From Anaerolineaceae bacterium (GTDB taxonomy: Bacteria > Chloroflexota > Anaerolineae > Anaerolineales > Anaerolineaceae), in the NCBI GenBank assembly GCA_034434155.1, contig DAOUAC010000033.1, positions 15,217 to 79,216 on the forward strand: DNA of 64,000 nt. Direction: 5' to 3'. This document shows, piece by piece, positions 33,773-43,923 of this stretch; the stretch's first letter is position 1; every line of letters starts with the position of its first letter. The notes under the pieces are model-generated. The model did not search any database. It was not told where the DNA came from and was given only the letters and a program-made list of their open reading frames with translations. Made by a program: the position numbers and the translations under genes.

Positions 33773-34591
33773 ATGCCCGCGGCTGAACTCGCACGGCTCC
33801 GCTTACAGATCAACCAGCTACTTCTGGTCCTCGATCAGCCTCAAGAGTTCAACCGCCGCCTGCGCGAACTGTACCGCCAGTACGGCAATCATGCTTACCG
33901 CGCCGGCCAGACGGTCCTGCCGCAGTCACTGCTGCCCAGCTACCGGGTGCCGCCCCTGGTGACGCGCCAGCTAGAGCTAGACCTGGGCAAAGCCTGCCGC
34001 GATCACCCCCACCTGGCCCTGGCGCTGGTAGATGTACTGTGGCAGGAAAGCCATCTGGAACCCCGCCTGCTGGCGGCGTTTTTACTGGGCGTACTGCCGG
34101 TGAGCGAGGTGGGCGCCGAAGTGGTTCAGAAACTGCGCGAATGGGGCAGGCCTGAAGAAAATTTGCGCGTGTTCAACGCGCTGATGGAATACGGGGCGGC
34201 CCGGCTGCGGCGCGAGGCGCCCGACCTGCTCATTGGCTTGATCGAAGAATGGTTAAGCAGTTCCTCTCCACAGCAGCAGGCGGTTGGTCTGCGCGCCCTG
34301 CTCCCCCTCATCCGCAACCGCGACTACCAGAACCTGCCCGTCGTCTTCCGCCTGCTTTCTCCGGCGGCGCAAGGCGGCTCGCCGGCTTTGCAGACCGATC
34401 TGCAAGCGGCCCTGCAGGCCTTAGCTGAACGCTCTCCGGTAGAGACGGCGTATTTTCTGCGCCAGATGCTCTCGCTCTCTGAAAGCCAGGCCGTTGCTCG
34501 CCTGGTGCGCCGCTGCCTCGCGCTGTTTCCGCCGGCCCAACAGGCCAGCCTGCGCTCGGCGTTAGAGGCCAGGGCGTTTCAGAACCGCTAA
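33773..34591 (+). CDS. Hypothetical all-helical protein (HEAT-like, possibly AlkD/DNA-alkylation-repair-like)
   Basis: Leu/Ala-rich helical repeats throughout with no catalytic motif recognised. The assignment is tentative. Confidence 0.45.
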   Translation: MPAAELARLRLQINQLLLVLDQPQEFNRRLRELYRQYGNHAYRAGQTVLPQSLLPSYRVPPLVTRQLELDLGKACRDHPHLALALVDVLWQESHLEPRLLAAFLLGVLPVSEVGAEVVQKLREWGRPEENLRVFNALMEYGAARLRREAPDLLIGLIEEWLSSSSPQQQAVGLRALLPLIRNRDYQNLPVVFRLLSPAAQGGSPALQTDLQAALQALAERSPVETAYFLRQMLSLSESQAVARLVRRCLALFPPAQQASLRSALEARAFQNR

Positions 34592-34597
34592 GAAGCG

Positions 34598-35233
34598 TTG
34601 GAGCCAGGCTTGCACACTCACGTCATCTTATTCGATACCGAATATACCGCCTGGGAAGGATCGCAGACGCGCAAATGGTCGGAGCCATGGGAACACCGCG
34701 AGATTATTCAGATCGCGGCGCTGAGGGTAGATGCGCGCGACGGCGCGGCAGAAATCGCCTCTTTTAACCGCCTGGTGAAGCCCAGGCATAACCCCATGCT
34801 TTCATCCTATATCATCGAGCTGACGGGCATCAGTCAGGAGGCCGTTGATGCGCGGGGGGTAGCCTTTCCTGCGGCATTGGCGGATTTCTACGCTTTTTGC
34901 GAGCAAGGGCGGCTGCCGTTGTTCTGCTGGGGAGATGACCCCGCCGTACTGCGCGAGAACTGCCGCCTCAATGCGGTGGATTACCCCGCCTTTCGGGCCG
35001 GTATTTACGATATCCGCGCGGTGTTCCACTCCGCTGGCATCGACACCGGGCGTTATTCAAGCGGGACGGTTTATCAGGCGGTGGGGATGACCCTGGCCGA
35101 GGCCGCTCATAATGCGCTGAACGACGTGCGCAGTCTGGCCGCCACCCTGGCGGCACTGCGCCGCGCCGGGCGGATTGGCCCGGCCTGGGCTGAAGAAACT
35201 GCGGCCCTGCCCACTGCGCGGTTTTCTGTATAA
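34598..35233 (+). CDS. DEDDh 3'-5' exonuclease (KapD/ERI-1-like)
   Basis: ExoI VILFDTEYT and ExoIII HNALNDVRSLA motifs. TTG start. Confidence 0.8.
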   Translation: MEPGLHTHVILFDTEYTAWEGSQTRKWSEPWEHREIIQIAALRVDARDGAAEIASFNRLVKPRHNPMLSSYIIELTGISQEAVDARGVAFPAALADFYAFCEQGRLPLFCWGDDPAVLRENCRLNAVDYPAFRAGIYDIRAVFHSAGIDTGRYSSGTVYQAVGMTLAEAAHNALNDVRSLAATLAALRRAGRIGPAWAEETAALPTARFSV

Positions 35234-35342
35234 TTCTCAATTTATCTGGTATAATCTTGCCCTGTGACTGGTCCTACCTGCGGCCTCGGCTGAGGGTATG
35301 GAGACCTGCGCAAAACTACTTTTTGATTGAAAGGCAGATGTC

Positions 35343-35618
35343 ATGAGTTTACCGAAGGAAAAGAAAGCCAGTTTGATTGCCGACTACCGCCGCAGTGATA
35401 CCGACACCGGTTCGGCGGAAGTACAAATCGCCATTTTGACCGCCCGCATCCAGCAGTTGACCGATCACCTGCGAATGCACAAACACGACGAGTCATCACG
35501 CCGCGGCCTGCTTAAGCTGGTCGGTCAGCGCCGCCGCATGCTGGCCTACCTGCGCCGCAAAGATTTTGCCCGCTACGTGGCCCTGACCGAGCGCCTGAAC
35601 CTGCGCACTGCGAAGTAA
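35343..35618 (+). CDS. rpsO: 30S ribosomal protein S15
   Basis: [34 protein letters not shown] signature; 91 aa. Confidence 0.97.
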   Translation: MSLPKEKKASLIADYRRSDTDTGSAEVQIAILTARIQQLTDHLRMHKHDESSRRGLLKLVGQRRRMLAYLRRKDFARYVALTERLNLRTAK

Positions 35619-35627
35619 GTACTGCCT

Positions 35628-35666
35628 AAAACCGGGTAGGTGGCAGCCGTCATCTACCCGGTTTTT
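35628..35666 (+). terminator. Intrinsic terminator/attenuator after rpsO
   Basis: aaaaccgggtag-loop-ctacccggtttt followed by T-run. Confidence 0.75.
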
Positions 35667-35974
35667 AAAACCAACCGTTGTCACCGCCCCACAGTGTGGG
35701 GCTTATTAAGAGGATTATCCTTAAAAGTTGATGGGGGAAAGCGAGTCGTCCAGGAGATTCACCTGCATTGCGCGCTCGTCTTTAACCACAACATCGGATA
35801 CAATAATACTCATATACTAACTAATTGTTCTTACAGCCCAGGTTTCACAACCTGCGGCCAGACCCTAACCCACCCGGACAGGCCGGTCGGGAGTTGAAAC
35901 TTGACGAGGAGCACCGTTCCTCCTCAGCTTTCAATCCCTGACCAGGCGGCTCCGGGAAAAAAACGAGGAGAAAG

Positions 35975-38260
35975 ATGATACCAGAAAGTACCCAAGTTAC
36001 CGCCGTCGTCGGCAATCAGCGGATTATGTTTGAAACGGGCAAGCTGGCCGGCCAGGCCGGCGGAGCCGTGACGATCCGGCTGGGCGATGCCATGATCTTC
36101 GCCGCCGCCACTATGGCTAAAGAACCCCGCGAGGGCGCCGATTTCTTCCCGCTCACCGTTGAATACGAAGAGCGCATGTACGCCGGTGGGCGCATCCCCG
36201 GTTCCTTCTTCCGGCGCGAAGGCCGCCCCTCCACCGAGGCGATCCTCACCGCGCGCCTCACCGACCGGCCCCTGCGCCCGCTCTTTAACCAGGAGATGCG
36301 CAACGAGGTCCAGGTGATTATGTTCTCCATCTCTGCCGACCAGGAGAACCCGCTTGACATCCTGGCGATCAATGCGGCTTCCGCCGCGCTGATGGTCTCC
36401 GACATCCCCTGGGGCGGCCCGGTGGGGGCTGTGCGCATTGGGCGCATTGACGGCCAATTCGTTGTCAACCCCACGTACGCCGAAATCGAGGCCTCTGACC
36501 TCGACTTGCGCATCGCTGGAACGCGCGACGCCATCCTGATGGTGGAATGTGGTGCCAATGAAATCCCCGAAGATGTCATGGTCGAAGCTCTGATGTTCGG
36601 CCACCAGGCCCTGCAGCCGTTAATTGACGCGCAACTCGAACTCACCCAAAAAGCCGGCAAACCCAAGCGCGAAGTCCAGCTCTTTAAGACCGATCAATCC
36701 CTGGTCGAGCGCGTCTACCAGCGCGCCGCCGGGCAACTCGCCGAAATCCTCGACCAGCCTTTTGACAAGCAGAACCTCTATGGTTCGGTGGATGAACTGG
36801 AAGGCCAGGTGGTGGGAGAGCTGTCGGGAGAAGACATCACCCTGGAAGAACCTGTGAAGATGGCCTTTGAAGAGGCCTACAAGCGCCTGGTGCGTGAGCG
36901 TATCCTCAACGAGGGCAAGCGGCCCGATGGCCGCAGGCCCAACGAAATCCGCCCCATCTGGTGCGAGGTGGGTATCAGCCCGCGTGCGCATGGTTCTGGC
37001 CTGTTTACGCGCGGACAGACGCAGGTTCTCACCCTGGCAACACTTGGAACGCCCAAAGAAGCCCAGGAACTGGACAACCTTTCGCCCATGGAGACCAAGC
37101 GGTACATTCACCACTACAACTTCCCGCCCTACTCCACCGGCGAAGTCAAGGCCCTGCGCGGACAGTCGCGCCGCGAAATTGGGCATGGCGCATTGGCCGA
37201 GCGCGCGCTCGAGCCGGTCATCCCCGCGGAAGAGACGTTCCCTTACACCCTGCGGCTGGTCTCAGAAGTACTGTCTTCCAACGGCTCTACGTCTATGGCC
37301 TCGGTGTGTGGCTCAACCCTTGCACTGATGGATACCGGCGTGCCGATCAAAGCCCCGGTGGCCGGCGTGGCGATGGGCCTGATCAAAGAAGGCGACCGCT
37401 ACACCATCCTGACCGACATCCAGGGCCTGGAAGATCACCTGGGCGATATGGATTTTAAAGTCGCCGGTACGACCGAAGGCATCACCGCGCTGCAAATGGA
37501 TATCAAGATCAAGGGCCTGACCCCAGAGATCATGAAAGAGGCGCTCGAACAGGCTCGCCAGGGACGGCTGGAGATCCTCGAAAAGATGCTGGCCGTCATT
37601 CCGCGCCCGCGCCCTGAACTGAAGGCGCACGTGCCGCGCGTGAGCATCGTCAAGATTCCGGTGGACAAGATCGGCGCGATCATCGGCCCCGGCGGCAAGA
37701 ACATCCGCGCTCTGCAAGAAGAAACCGACACGAAGATTGATATCGAGGAAGACGGCACTGTTTACATCGCGGCGACCGACAAAGCTTCAGAGAATGCCGC
37801 CCGCGAGCGCATTGAAATGCTCACCGAGACCCCGCAGTTAGGGCGCATTTACACCGGGCGGGTGGTGCGCATCACCGAATTTGGCGCTTTCGTCGAGATT
37901 CTGCCCAACATTGACGGCATGGTTCACATCTCACAGCTCGACAGCGAGCGCGTGGAAAGGGTGGAAGATGTCGTCACCGTAGGCGACGAAGTCTCGGTCA
38001 TGGTGACGAATATTGACCCCGATGGCAAGATCCGCCTGTCACGCCAGGCCGTGCTGGAAGGCTGGAGCGTGGAAGAAGCCCAAGAGCATGATCGCGGCGG
38101 GCGCGGCGGTGGTGGCCGCTCTGGCGGCGGTGACCGCGACCGGCGCGGCGGTGGTGGCGGCGGTGGCCGCCCCAGCGGCGGACGTGACGGTGGGCGCGGC
38201 GGCGACCGCGACCGGCGCAGCAGCGGTGGCGGCGGTGGTGGCGGCCGCGGGCGCTACTAA
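35975..38260 (+). CDS. pnp: Polyribonucleotide nucleotidyltransferase (PNPase) with RGG-rich C-terminal tail
   Basis: Two RNase PH domains ([13 protein letters not shown]), KH ([10 protein letters not shown]), S1 ([15 protein letters not shown]), then a 56-aa tail rich in R, G and D residues. Confidence 0.97.
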   Translation: MIPESTQVTAVVGNQRIMFETGKLAGQAGGAVTIRLGDAMIFAAATMAKEPREGADFFPLTVEYEERMYAGGRIPGSFFRREGRPSTEAILTARLTDRPLRPLFNQEMRNEVQVIMFSISADQENPLDILAINAASAALMVSDIPWGGPVGAVRIGRIDGQFVVNPTYAEIEASDLDLRIAGTRDAILMVECGANEIPEDVMVEALMFGHQALQPLIDAQLELTQKAGKPKREVQLFKTDQSLVERVYQRAAGQLAEILDQPFDKQNLYGSVDELEGQVVGELSGEDITLEEPVKMAFEEAYKRLVRERILNEGKRPDGRRPNEIRPIWCEVGISPRAHGSGLFTRGQTQVLTLATLGTPKEAQELDNLSPMETKRYIHHYNFPPYSTGEVKALRGQSRREIGHGALAERALEPVIPAEETFPYTLRLVSEVLSSNGSTSMASVCGSTLALMDTGVPIKAPVAGVAMGLIKEGDRYTILTDIQGLEDHLGDMDFKVAGTTEGITALQMDIKIKGLTPEIMKEALEQARQGRLEILEKMLAVIPRPRPELKAHVPRVSIVKIPVDKIGAIIGPGGKNIRALQEETDTKIDIEEDGTVYIAATDKASENAARERIEMLTETPQLGRIYTGRVVRITEFGAFVEILPNIDGMVHISQLDSERVERVEDVVTVGDEVSVMVTNIDPDGKIRLSRQAVLEGWSVEEAQEHDRGGRGGGGRSGGGDRDRRGGGGGGGRPSGGRDGGRGGDRDRRSSGGGGGGGRGRY

Positions 38261-38270
38261 AGAAGATTCT

Positions 38271-38301
38271 GCTTATTCCCGCCTTCTATGCGGGAATAAG
38301 C
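38271..38301 (+). terminator. Hairpin after pnp
   Basis: 12-bp stem gcttattcccgc/gcgggaataagc, 7-nt loop; no clear U-tract. Confidence 0.5.
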
Positions 38302-38320
38302 GTTCATGGTCCTCACAGTA

Positions 38321-38357
38321 TCCCCTCGTTACCATGCCTCGCATGGCAACGAGGGGA
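38321..38357 (-). terminator. Hairpin after the LiaF-like gene
   Basis: 15-bp stem with one mismatch, cccctcgttaccatg/catggcaacgagggg. Confidence 0.5.
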
Positions 38358-38361
38358 TTGC

Positions 38362-38895
38362 TTAACCGCGCTCGACTTCAATCTCCGCTACGAACCCGAT
38401 TACCTCAAGGCGCACCTTGCGCTCGGCCTCGGCATAACCCTGACTGCGGTACTGCACCGGCGTGAGAATATTTTCGGCTTTGCGGCCCTGCACCTTGGTC
38501 GTGACGACAAAGCCAGAGGCATCAATGCCAAAGCCCACATCCGCCGGCAGCCGCACTTCGATGTCGTTGACAAAGCCATAACTGCGAATAACCGTCTCGC
38601 CGGGTGGGATCAGAGCACGGGTCATATCCAGATCCATGTCTGCTACCCCGACCCAATATTCGGCGTCTTCCACTTCCCACTGGTCCCGGCGGCGCACGTC
38701 GCCGATTAACATCACGTGGCTCGGTCCGCCCCGCCCTGAAAGGTTAGGCCGGAAGGCCATCCACACCCCCACCACGATCAGAAAGATAGGAAAACACAAC
38801 GCCCCCACGTCAATCTGAAAGACCGATCCGATGAAGAAGATCAGCCCCAGGGCGATTAAAATCCCGCCCAATATCAACATCCCCCGGTTTGCCAT
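38362..38895 (-). CDS. LiaF-like (DUF2154) cell-envelope stress membrane protein
   Basis: Two N-terminal TM helices and a beta-rich C-terminal domain (GFVNDIEVRLPADVGF...). ATG 38895 is preceded by GAGGA; the track start 38910 is TTG. Confidence 0.55.
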   Translation of the reverse strand: MANRGMLILGGILIALGLIFFIGSVFQIDVGALCFPIFLIVVGVWMAFRPNLSGRGGPSHVMLIGDVRRRDQWEVEDAEYWVGVADMDLDMTRALIPPGETVIRSYGFVNDIEVRLPADVGFGIDASGFVVTTKVQGRKAENILTPVQYRSQGYAEAERKVRLEVIGFVAEIEVERG

Positions 38896-38896
38896 G

Positions 38897-39103
38897 TTAG
38901 CGATCCTCAACGTGAAACCCGATCTTGACCGTCACCTGCCACTCGCCGACCCGGCCCTCCACAATCGTCCCGCGCGTCTCGACCACTTCAAACCAGCGCA
39001 TGTGGCGGATCGCCTCGCCGGAGCGAGCAATGGCATTCTGCACCGCTTCTTCAATACTATTGGGTGAAGTACCCGTCAGCTCAATCTTGCGATACACAGT
39101 CAT
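38897..39103 (-). CDS. Dodecin-family flavin-binding protein
   Basis: The 68-aa sequence [25 protein letters not shown]...WFEV...[14 protein letters not shown] is the classic dodecin pattern. The upstream part of the track ORF is not protein-like. Confidence 0.85.
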   Translation of the reverse strand: MTVYRKIELTGTSPNSIEEAVQNAIARSGEAIRHMRWFEVVETRGTIVEGRVGEWQVTVKIGFHVEDR

Positions 39104-39180
39104 AGCCTGATCTCCTATTCCAACACACAGATGATTGAATGATAGGCTTAACATCCATCCCCCATAAGGATTTCCGTTTT

Positions 39181-39708
39181 CTACTCTAAACCTTCGACGA
39201 TGTAATCTTCCAGGTTCTCCATATCCACGTCTTTTTCGGCCAGGGTGCGGTTGCGGACCGAAATCCCCGCCTGGTGAACCGTCGCGCGGCTGCCCGAAAC
39301 CAACGGATGCCACCATTCCAGGTCTTTACCTTCGGCCAGCAGGCGGTAGGCGCAGGTTTTGGGCATCCAATGAAGCTGTTTCACCAGGTCGGCAGTCAGC
39401 ACCAGGCAGGTGGGCATCAGGCGCGAGCGCTCTTCATAAGCGGTACAGCGGCAGCGGTGCGTATCCAGCAGGCGGCAGACGACGTTGGTGTAATAAATCT
39501 CGCCGGTATCCTCATCCTCCAGCTTGTACAGGCAGCAGCGTGCACAGCCATCGCACAATGATTCCCACTCCTCGCGGGTCATTTCCTGAAGAGTTTTACG
39601 CTTCCAAAAGGGTACTTCTTGATTAACCAATGAACATTCCTTCCGCTCTGATGAGCAGATCACCTGGGCAGGCGGCCTGCCATGGATGTTCTGAGCATTT
39701 TTACCCAC
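39181..39708 (-). CDS. YcgN/UPF0260 cysteine-cluster protein
   Basis: [46 protein letters not shown] matches YcgN. The true start may be TTG at 39630, which is preceded by GGAAGGA. Confidence 0.8.
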   Translation of the reverse strand: MGKNAQNIHGRPPAQVICSSERKECSLVNQEVPFWKRKTLQEMTREEWESLCDGCARCCLYKLEDEDTGEIYYTNVVCRLLDTHRCRCTAYEERSRLMPTCLVLTADLVKQLHWMPKTCAYRLLAEGKDLEWWHPLVSGSRATVHQAGISVRNRTLAEKDVDMENLEDYIVEGLE

Positions 39709-41281
39709 TCTCCTGGGTAGGCAGGTACGGCATTAAGGGGCCGGTGCTGCCCATCAACTCCGCCAGGGCGGCGCGCATCGCCACCCGATCATCCCAGGGA
39801 TATTCCACCTCGCCAAAGCACATAGATTGCTCATGGCCCTTGCCGCAGGCCATGACCAGATCACCCGGCTGTGCCATGCGCACGGCCTGGCGGATGGCCT
39901 CGCCGCGGTCGGGTATGCGGAAAAAGGTACGGCCTTCTACCCCGCCGCGCCCACGCGCGCCCTGCGCCATCTCTTCCAAAATACTTTCCAGCGATTCAGT
40001 GCGCGGGTCTTCGGCGGTCAGCACGCTCAAATCGGCCAGTTCCGCCGCGACTTCGGCCATCAGGCGGCGTTTCTCGCGGTCACGCAGCCCCGCCGAGCCA
40101 AATACGACGATCACCCGGCCGGTCGTCATCTGCCGGGCCGCCAGCAGCGCCTGTTTCAGAGCGTTGGGCGTATGGGCAAAGTCTACCAGGGCGATAAAGG
40201 GCTGCCCCATATTGATCTGCTCCATGCGCCCTGGAACTCCGGCCAGGCTGGCAATGCCCCGGCGGGCGGCCTCTGGAGCAATGTGCAGGCCGATCACCGT
40301 GGCGGCGATGGCCGCCAAACAGTTGGAGACGTTAAACAGCCCCATCAGCCGGCAGTCAACCGGGAAGCAAAACCACGGCCCCCGCGCTGTGAACCTCAAC
40401 CCACCGGGGTGATGTTCGATATCCTCAGCCCATACGTCTGCCCCAGGCCGCAGAGAGTAAGCCACCTTCCGCACGGCTACCCGCGCGCTCAGGTAATCAA
40501 AAGAAGGGTCATCGCGATTTAAGACGGCCAGCGGCTCAACACCGTTCGGCTTGGCCGGGCGCTCTGCCAGGCCGGTGAACAGGCGGGCCTTCGCGTCGCG
40601 GTAGCCCTCGAAGGAACCATGCTCGTCGAGGTGCTCGTGCGTGATATTAGTCAACACTGCAATATCAAACTCGCAGCCGGTGACGCGGTGCTGTGTCAGG
40701 CCATGCGAAGTGGTTTCCAGCACAGCGTGGGTCAGCCCGGCCACGCTCATGCGCGCCAAAAAACGCTGGATTTCTGGCGCGGTGGGCGTGGTGACGTGAA
40801 AGCCCGTGTCAATCACTTCGTCCCCGATGACGGCATTAACGGTGGAGATCACCCCCGCCGGCAGGCCGGCAGCCAGCAAGATTTCGAAGATCAGGTTCGA
40901 GGTGGTGGTCTTACCGTCCGTCCCGGTTACACCGATGAGGGTCATTTCGTGAGAGGGATGATCGTAAAAAGCGGCGGCCAACAGCGCCAGCGCCTGGCGG
41001 GCATCCTGAACCTGGATATAAGGAACGGCCAGTTCGCCGGGCGGGGCCGTTCCCACTACAGCTACGGCCCCCTGCTCTACCGCCTGAGGGATAAAGCGGT
41101 GGCCGTCGAACATGCCGCCCTGAATGGCTACAAACAGGTTGCCAGCCACCACTTTGCGCGAATCTTCCGTAATGCCGGTCACCAGAACTTCCGGCAGAGT
41201 TGGGCCGCTCCGGGCGGCAACCAACGCCGCCGGCAGCGCCTGAATGAGCTGTGGGAGCGTCTTTTTCACAAACCCGGCCAT
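39701..41281 (-). CDS. murE: UDP-N-acetylmuramoyl-L-alanyl-D-glutamate--2,6-diaminopimelate ligase
   Basis: Mur ligase P-loop GVTGTDGKTTT, central and C-terminal Mur domains, TAEDPRTE region. Confidence 0.93.
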   Translation of the reverse strand: MAGFVKKTLPQLIQALPAALVAARSGPTLPEVLVTGITEDSRKVVAGNLFVAIQGGMFDGHRFIPQAVEQGAVAVVGTAPPGELAVPYIQVQDARQALALLAAAFYDHPSHEMTLIGVTGTDGKTTTSNLIFEILLAAGLPAGVISTVNAVIGDEVIDTGFHVTTPTAPEIQRFLARMSVAGLTHAVLETTSHGLTQHRVTGCEFDIAVLTNITHEHLDEHGSFEGYRDAKARLFTGLAERPAKPNGVEPLAVLNRDDPSFDYLSARVAVRKVAYSLRPGADVWAEDIEHHPGGLRFTARGPWFCFPVDCRLMGLFNVSNCLAAIAATVIGLHIAPEAARRGIASLAGVPGRMEQINMGQPFIALVDFAHTPNALKQALLAARQMTTGRVIVVFGSAGLRDREKRRLMAEVAAELADLSVLTAEDPRTESLESILEEMAQGARGRGGVEGRTFFRIPDRGEAIRQAVRMAQPGDLVMACGKGHEQSMCFGEVEYPWDDRVAMRAALAELMGSTGPLMPYLPTQESG

Positions 41282-41382
41282 GGTTGACTTCCTCCGAAAT
41301 CGTGTTCCTGTTTTTCGATAAATTGGGGAGCTTGCCTGCGCCGCAATTTATCGAAAAATCAACGCGCAATCCTATCCCAATT

Positions 41383-41430
41383 AAAAAGAAGGGTTCCAAT
41401 GGGCATCGCCCCATCGAAACCCTTCTTTTT
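41383..41430 (-). terminator. Intrinsic terminator after the atp F0 cluster
   Basis: 13-bp stem aaaaagaagggtt/aacccttcttttt; U-run follows on the minus strand. Confidence 0.75.
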
Positions 41431-41438
41431 AATATACC

Positions 41439-42179
41439 TTAGCGCATGCTCTGGCGCAAGTCCTCCAACTGGCCGGCCAGTGATCCATCCACCACCTGAT
41501 CGCCTATGCGCAGAACTAGCCCGCCCAGAATTGACGGATCCACGCGGAACGTCACCGAAGCCGTCTCCCCAACCAGGCGCGTCAGTTCGCGGCGCACCTT
41601 TTCCTGCTCATCCGGTGAGAGCGGCAGGGCGCTGGTCACTTCCGCCGACTGGGCGGCAGCCCCTTCCATGCTCCGCAACTGCGCCAACTGGCTGTCGCTC
41701 ATGCCAGAAAAGAACCCTTCGAGCAGTACGCGCTGGCGCTGTTCATCTAGGTTGGTTTGCAGCAGCTTGCGCGCGGCCGCAATTGCCAGGGCCACTACCT
41801 GGCCGCGCAGTTCGTTCAACATGCGGTTGCGCTCTTCTTCTACCTCGGCCATCGCGTTTTCGCGGGCTTTGGCCGCCTCGCGCTCAGCCTGAGCGCGGAT
41901 TTCGTGTTCCACCGACCCGGCCCGCTCGGTTGCCTCGCGGATGATTTCGGCGGCGCGGGTTTGGGCTTCGGCGACAATCCGGTTGGCCTCGCGCTCCGCG
42001 TTGGCACGGGCATCCGCCGCTACGCGCGCATCTTCCAGCCCTTTAGCGATGGTCTCGCGGCGTTTCGCCAGGGTATTAAGCAGGGGCTGATACACCCAGG
42101 CCCGCAAAACGACGAATAAAATTCCAAAACTCAGGGCAAACGTAAGCAGATAACCAAGACTAATTCCAAGTGCTTCCAA
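41439..42179 (-). CDS. atpF: ATP synthase subunit b fused to a delta (OSCP) C-terminal domain
   Basis: N-terminal TM helix plus long charged helix of subunit b. The last roughly 70 aa (AEVTSALPLSPDEQ...VDPSILGGLVLRIGDQVVDGSLAGQLEDL) align with the C-terminal domain of subunit delta. Confidence 0.85.
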   Translation of the reverse strand: MEALGISLGYLLTFALSFGILFVVLRAWVYQPLLNTLAKRRETIAKGLEDARVAADARANAEREANRIVAEAQTRAAEIIREATERAGSVEHEIRAQAEREAAKARENAMAEVEEERNRMLNELRGQVVALAIAAARKLLQTNLDEQRQRVLLEGFFSGMSDSQLAQLRSMEGAAAQSAEVTSALPLSPDEQEKVRRELTRLVGETASVTFRVDPSILGGLVLRIGDQVVDGSLAGQLEDLRQSMR

Positions 42180-42235
42180 GGCTGCGTCCTTTCTCGCTAT
42201 GCCATGCGGCCGCGCTCAAATTCGAGAGGCTCCCC

Positions 42236-42472
42236 CTAGAGAACAAAGAGCATTAAGAAAGCAATCACCAGGCAGTAGATCGCGATCGCTTCCGAAAAGG
42301 CAATCCCCAGAATCATGTTGGTCAACAGGGTGCCGTAGGTGTCGGGGTTGCGCGCCATTCCTTCCAGAGCGCCTTGAACGCTCAGACCAATGCCAATCCC
42401 CGCGCCGAGAGCGCCGATCATTGACAGGCCGGCCCCGATAAATTTTGCGGCTTCAATAATGTCGCCAGTCAT
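42236..42472 (-). CDS. atpE: ATP synthase subunit c
   Basis: Hairpin of two TM helices, GAGIGIG glycine motif, carboxylate in AFSEAIAIY. Confidence 0.95.
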   Translation of the reverse strand: MTGDIIEAAKFIGAGLSMIGALGAGIGIGLSVQGALEGMARNPDTYGTLLTNMILGIAFSEAIAIYCLVIAFLMLFVL

Positions 42473-42613
42473 TGGTTGCTATCCTCCTCCACATGTAGTT
42501 GTTTCAGACTTGGTTTAATTTCCAACGCGCCCCCCCTATCACCGAAATTGCCGCAGGCGCCCTGGTCTTCCTTCCGCTTCGGGCCGCACGACTCGCCCGT
42601 CTTATTCCCCAAG

Positions 42614-43579
42614 TTAGTGATGTTCCTCCTCGCCGCCGTGTCCCTGAGTAGCTGATGACATAAACACCATCGTGAGCATACCAAACACAAACGCCTGAAT
42701 CAGCCCAATGAAGAACTCAAACGTCATCACCAGCGCAGGCGCAAATACGGGCGCCATCGAAGATACCAGGAATAACAGCACCATTCCAGCGAACATATTG
42801 CCAAATAACCGGAATGCAAACGAGAGGACTCTCGACAGCTCGGAAATCAACTCTAGCAGGCTGACGATGAAATCCATCGCGCCAAAGAACGGCTTTTTGA
42901 ACAGGGTGAGCACGTTGAAGAAGCGGAAGAAATAGCGCAGCCCCTGAGTTTGCACGCCGACCACCTGCACAGCGATCACAGCGATGATCGCCAGCGCCGC
43001 GGTGAAGTTCAGATCCGTAGACATGCCGCGGAACCAGGGTACCACCGCATATTCGCCCTTATCTGCCGTGAGCGCTGCCACGCCGGGCAGTAGTTGGATG
43101 ATGGCATGACCGTCTTCCTCAGCATGTTCCAGGTTTCCAATCGCTTCCATCCCTGGAATCAGGCCCATCCAGTTCGAAATCAGCACCACGATCAAAAGCG
43201 TCGCAAACCAGGGGAAGATCAACCGGGCGTAGCGGCCAGCGGTGGACTCGGCCAGGTTGTAAAGAACCTCGATCAGCGCCTCCATCGCCCCAGCGATACC
43301 AGTGGGCGCCAGGGGGTTTTTGCGCAGAGAATTGCGCACCGCCAGCGCCAGCAGGATGATGACCAAATCGGCAACCACCATGGTGGTGATGGTGTTGGTC
43401 AGGTAATAATCGCCGATGACCGGGAGATTAAACAGGGGTTCGTGAGTAATGCGCTCCGGCGCGACCAGAATATGCGGCTGTATCGGCGGGAAGAACGAAA
43501 CGGCGATGATCGCCAGAATGACGAATCCTAAAATCCACCAACGGTTGACACCGTAGCGCCACCTACGAGAGTTTTCCAA
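42614..43579 (-). CDS. atpB: ATP synthase subunit a
   Basis: Essential-arginine motif FRLFGNMFAG; multi-pass membrane protein. Confidence 0.93.
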   Translation of the reverse strand: MENSRRWRYGVNRWWILGFVILAIIAVSFFPPIQPHILVAPERITHEPLFNLPVIGDYYLTNTITTMVVADLVIILLALAVRNSLRKNPLAPTGIAGAMEALIEVLYNLAESTAGRYARLIFPWFATLLIVVLISNWMGLIPGMEAIGNLEHAEEDGHAIIQLLPGVAALTADKGEYAVVPWFRGMSTDLNFTAALAIIAVIAVQVVGVQTQGLRYFFRFFNVLTLFKKPFFGAMDFIVSLLELISELSRVLSFAFRLFGNMFAGMVLLFLVSSMAPVFAPALVMTFEFFIGLIQAFVFGMLTMVFMSSATQGHGGEEEHH

Positions 43580-43613
43580 TGCCCACCTCCTCGTGTTTGT
43601 TGGCAGAACCCGG

Positions 43614-43916
43614 TCAGGAAAGATCCTCGTTCTCTGGACGAGAGCTTTTCTCTGGGGGAGGGCCTGCTTTAATTTTTGATGTCGTCAGGCGTACAACAAT
43701 AAACATCGCAACCAGCGATACCGGAATGCTGGCGATGACGAGTATCAGAGTGAAAACTGGGCGGGTTTGGAAACGAGCGTCCAGCCATAACCCCCCAAAC
43801 ACCGCCGCCAGCAGGATGATCAGGGTCAGACATCCCACCTGCCCGGCCAGGCTGGCCAATGTTAAATTGAGCCAATATTGCTTGCTTCTGCGATTCGGTT
43901 CGGGTGTCTGACTCAT
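43614..43916 (-). CDS. AtpZ/AtpI-like small membrane protein
   Basis: Two TM helices, located immediately upstream of atpB. Confidence 0.6.
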   Translation of the reverse strand: MSQTPEPNRRSKQYWLNLTLASLAGQVGCLTLIILLAAVFGGLWLDARFQTRPVFTLILVIASIPVSLVAMFIVVRLTTSKIKAGPPPEKSSRPENEDLS

Positions 43917-43923
43917 CGTTGGG

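Noticed and set aside
35924-37186. Minus-strand ORFs of 226, 216 and 188 aa.
   Set aside because: They are antisense to pnp and are shadow ORFs.
38090-38260. Repetitive GGC/GGT/CGC DNA considered as a microsatellite or CRISPR-like repeat.
   Set aside because: It is in frame with pnp and encodes the Arg/Gly/Asp-rich tail. There is no spacer-repeat periodicity.
39630-40522. Plus-strand ORFs of 260 and 231 aa.
   Set aside because: They are antisense to murE, whose Mur-ligase motifs are unambiguous.
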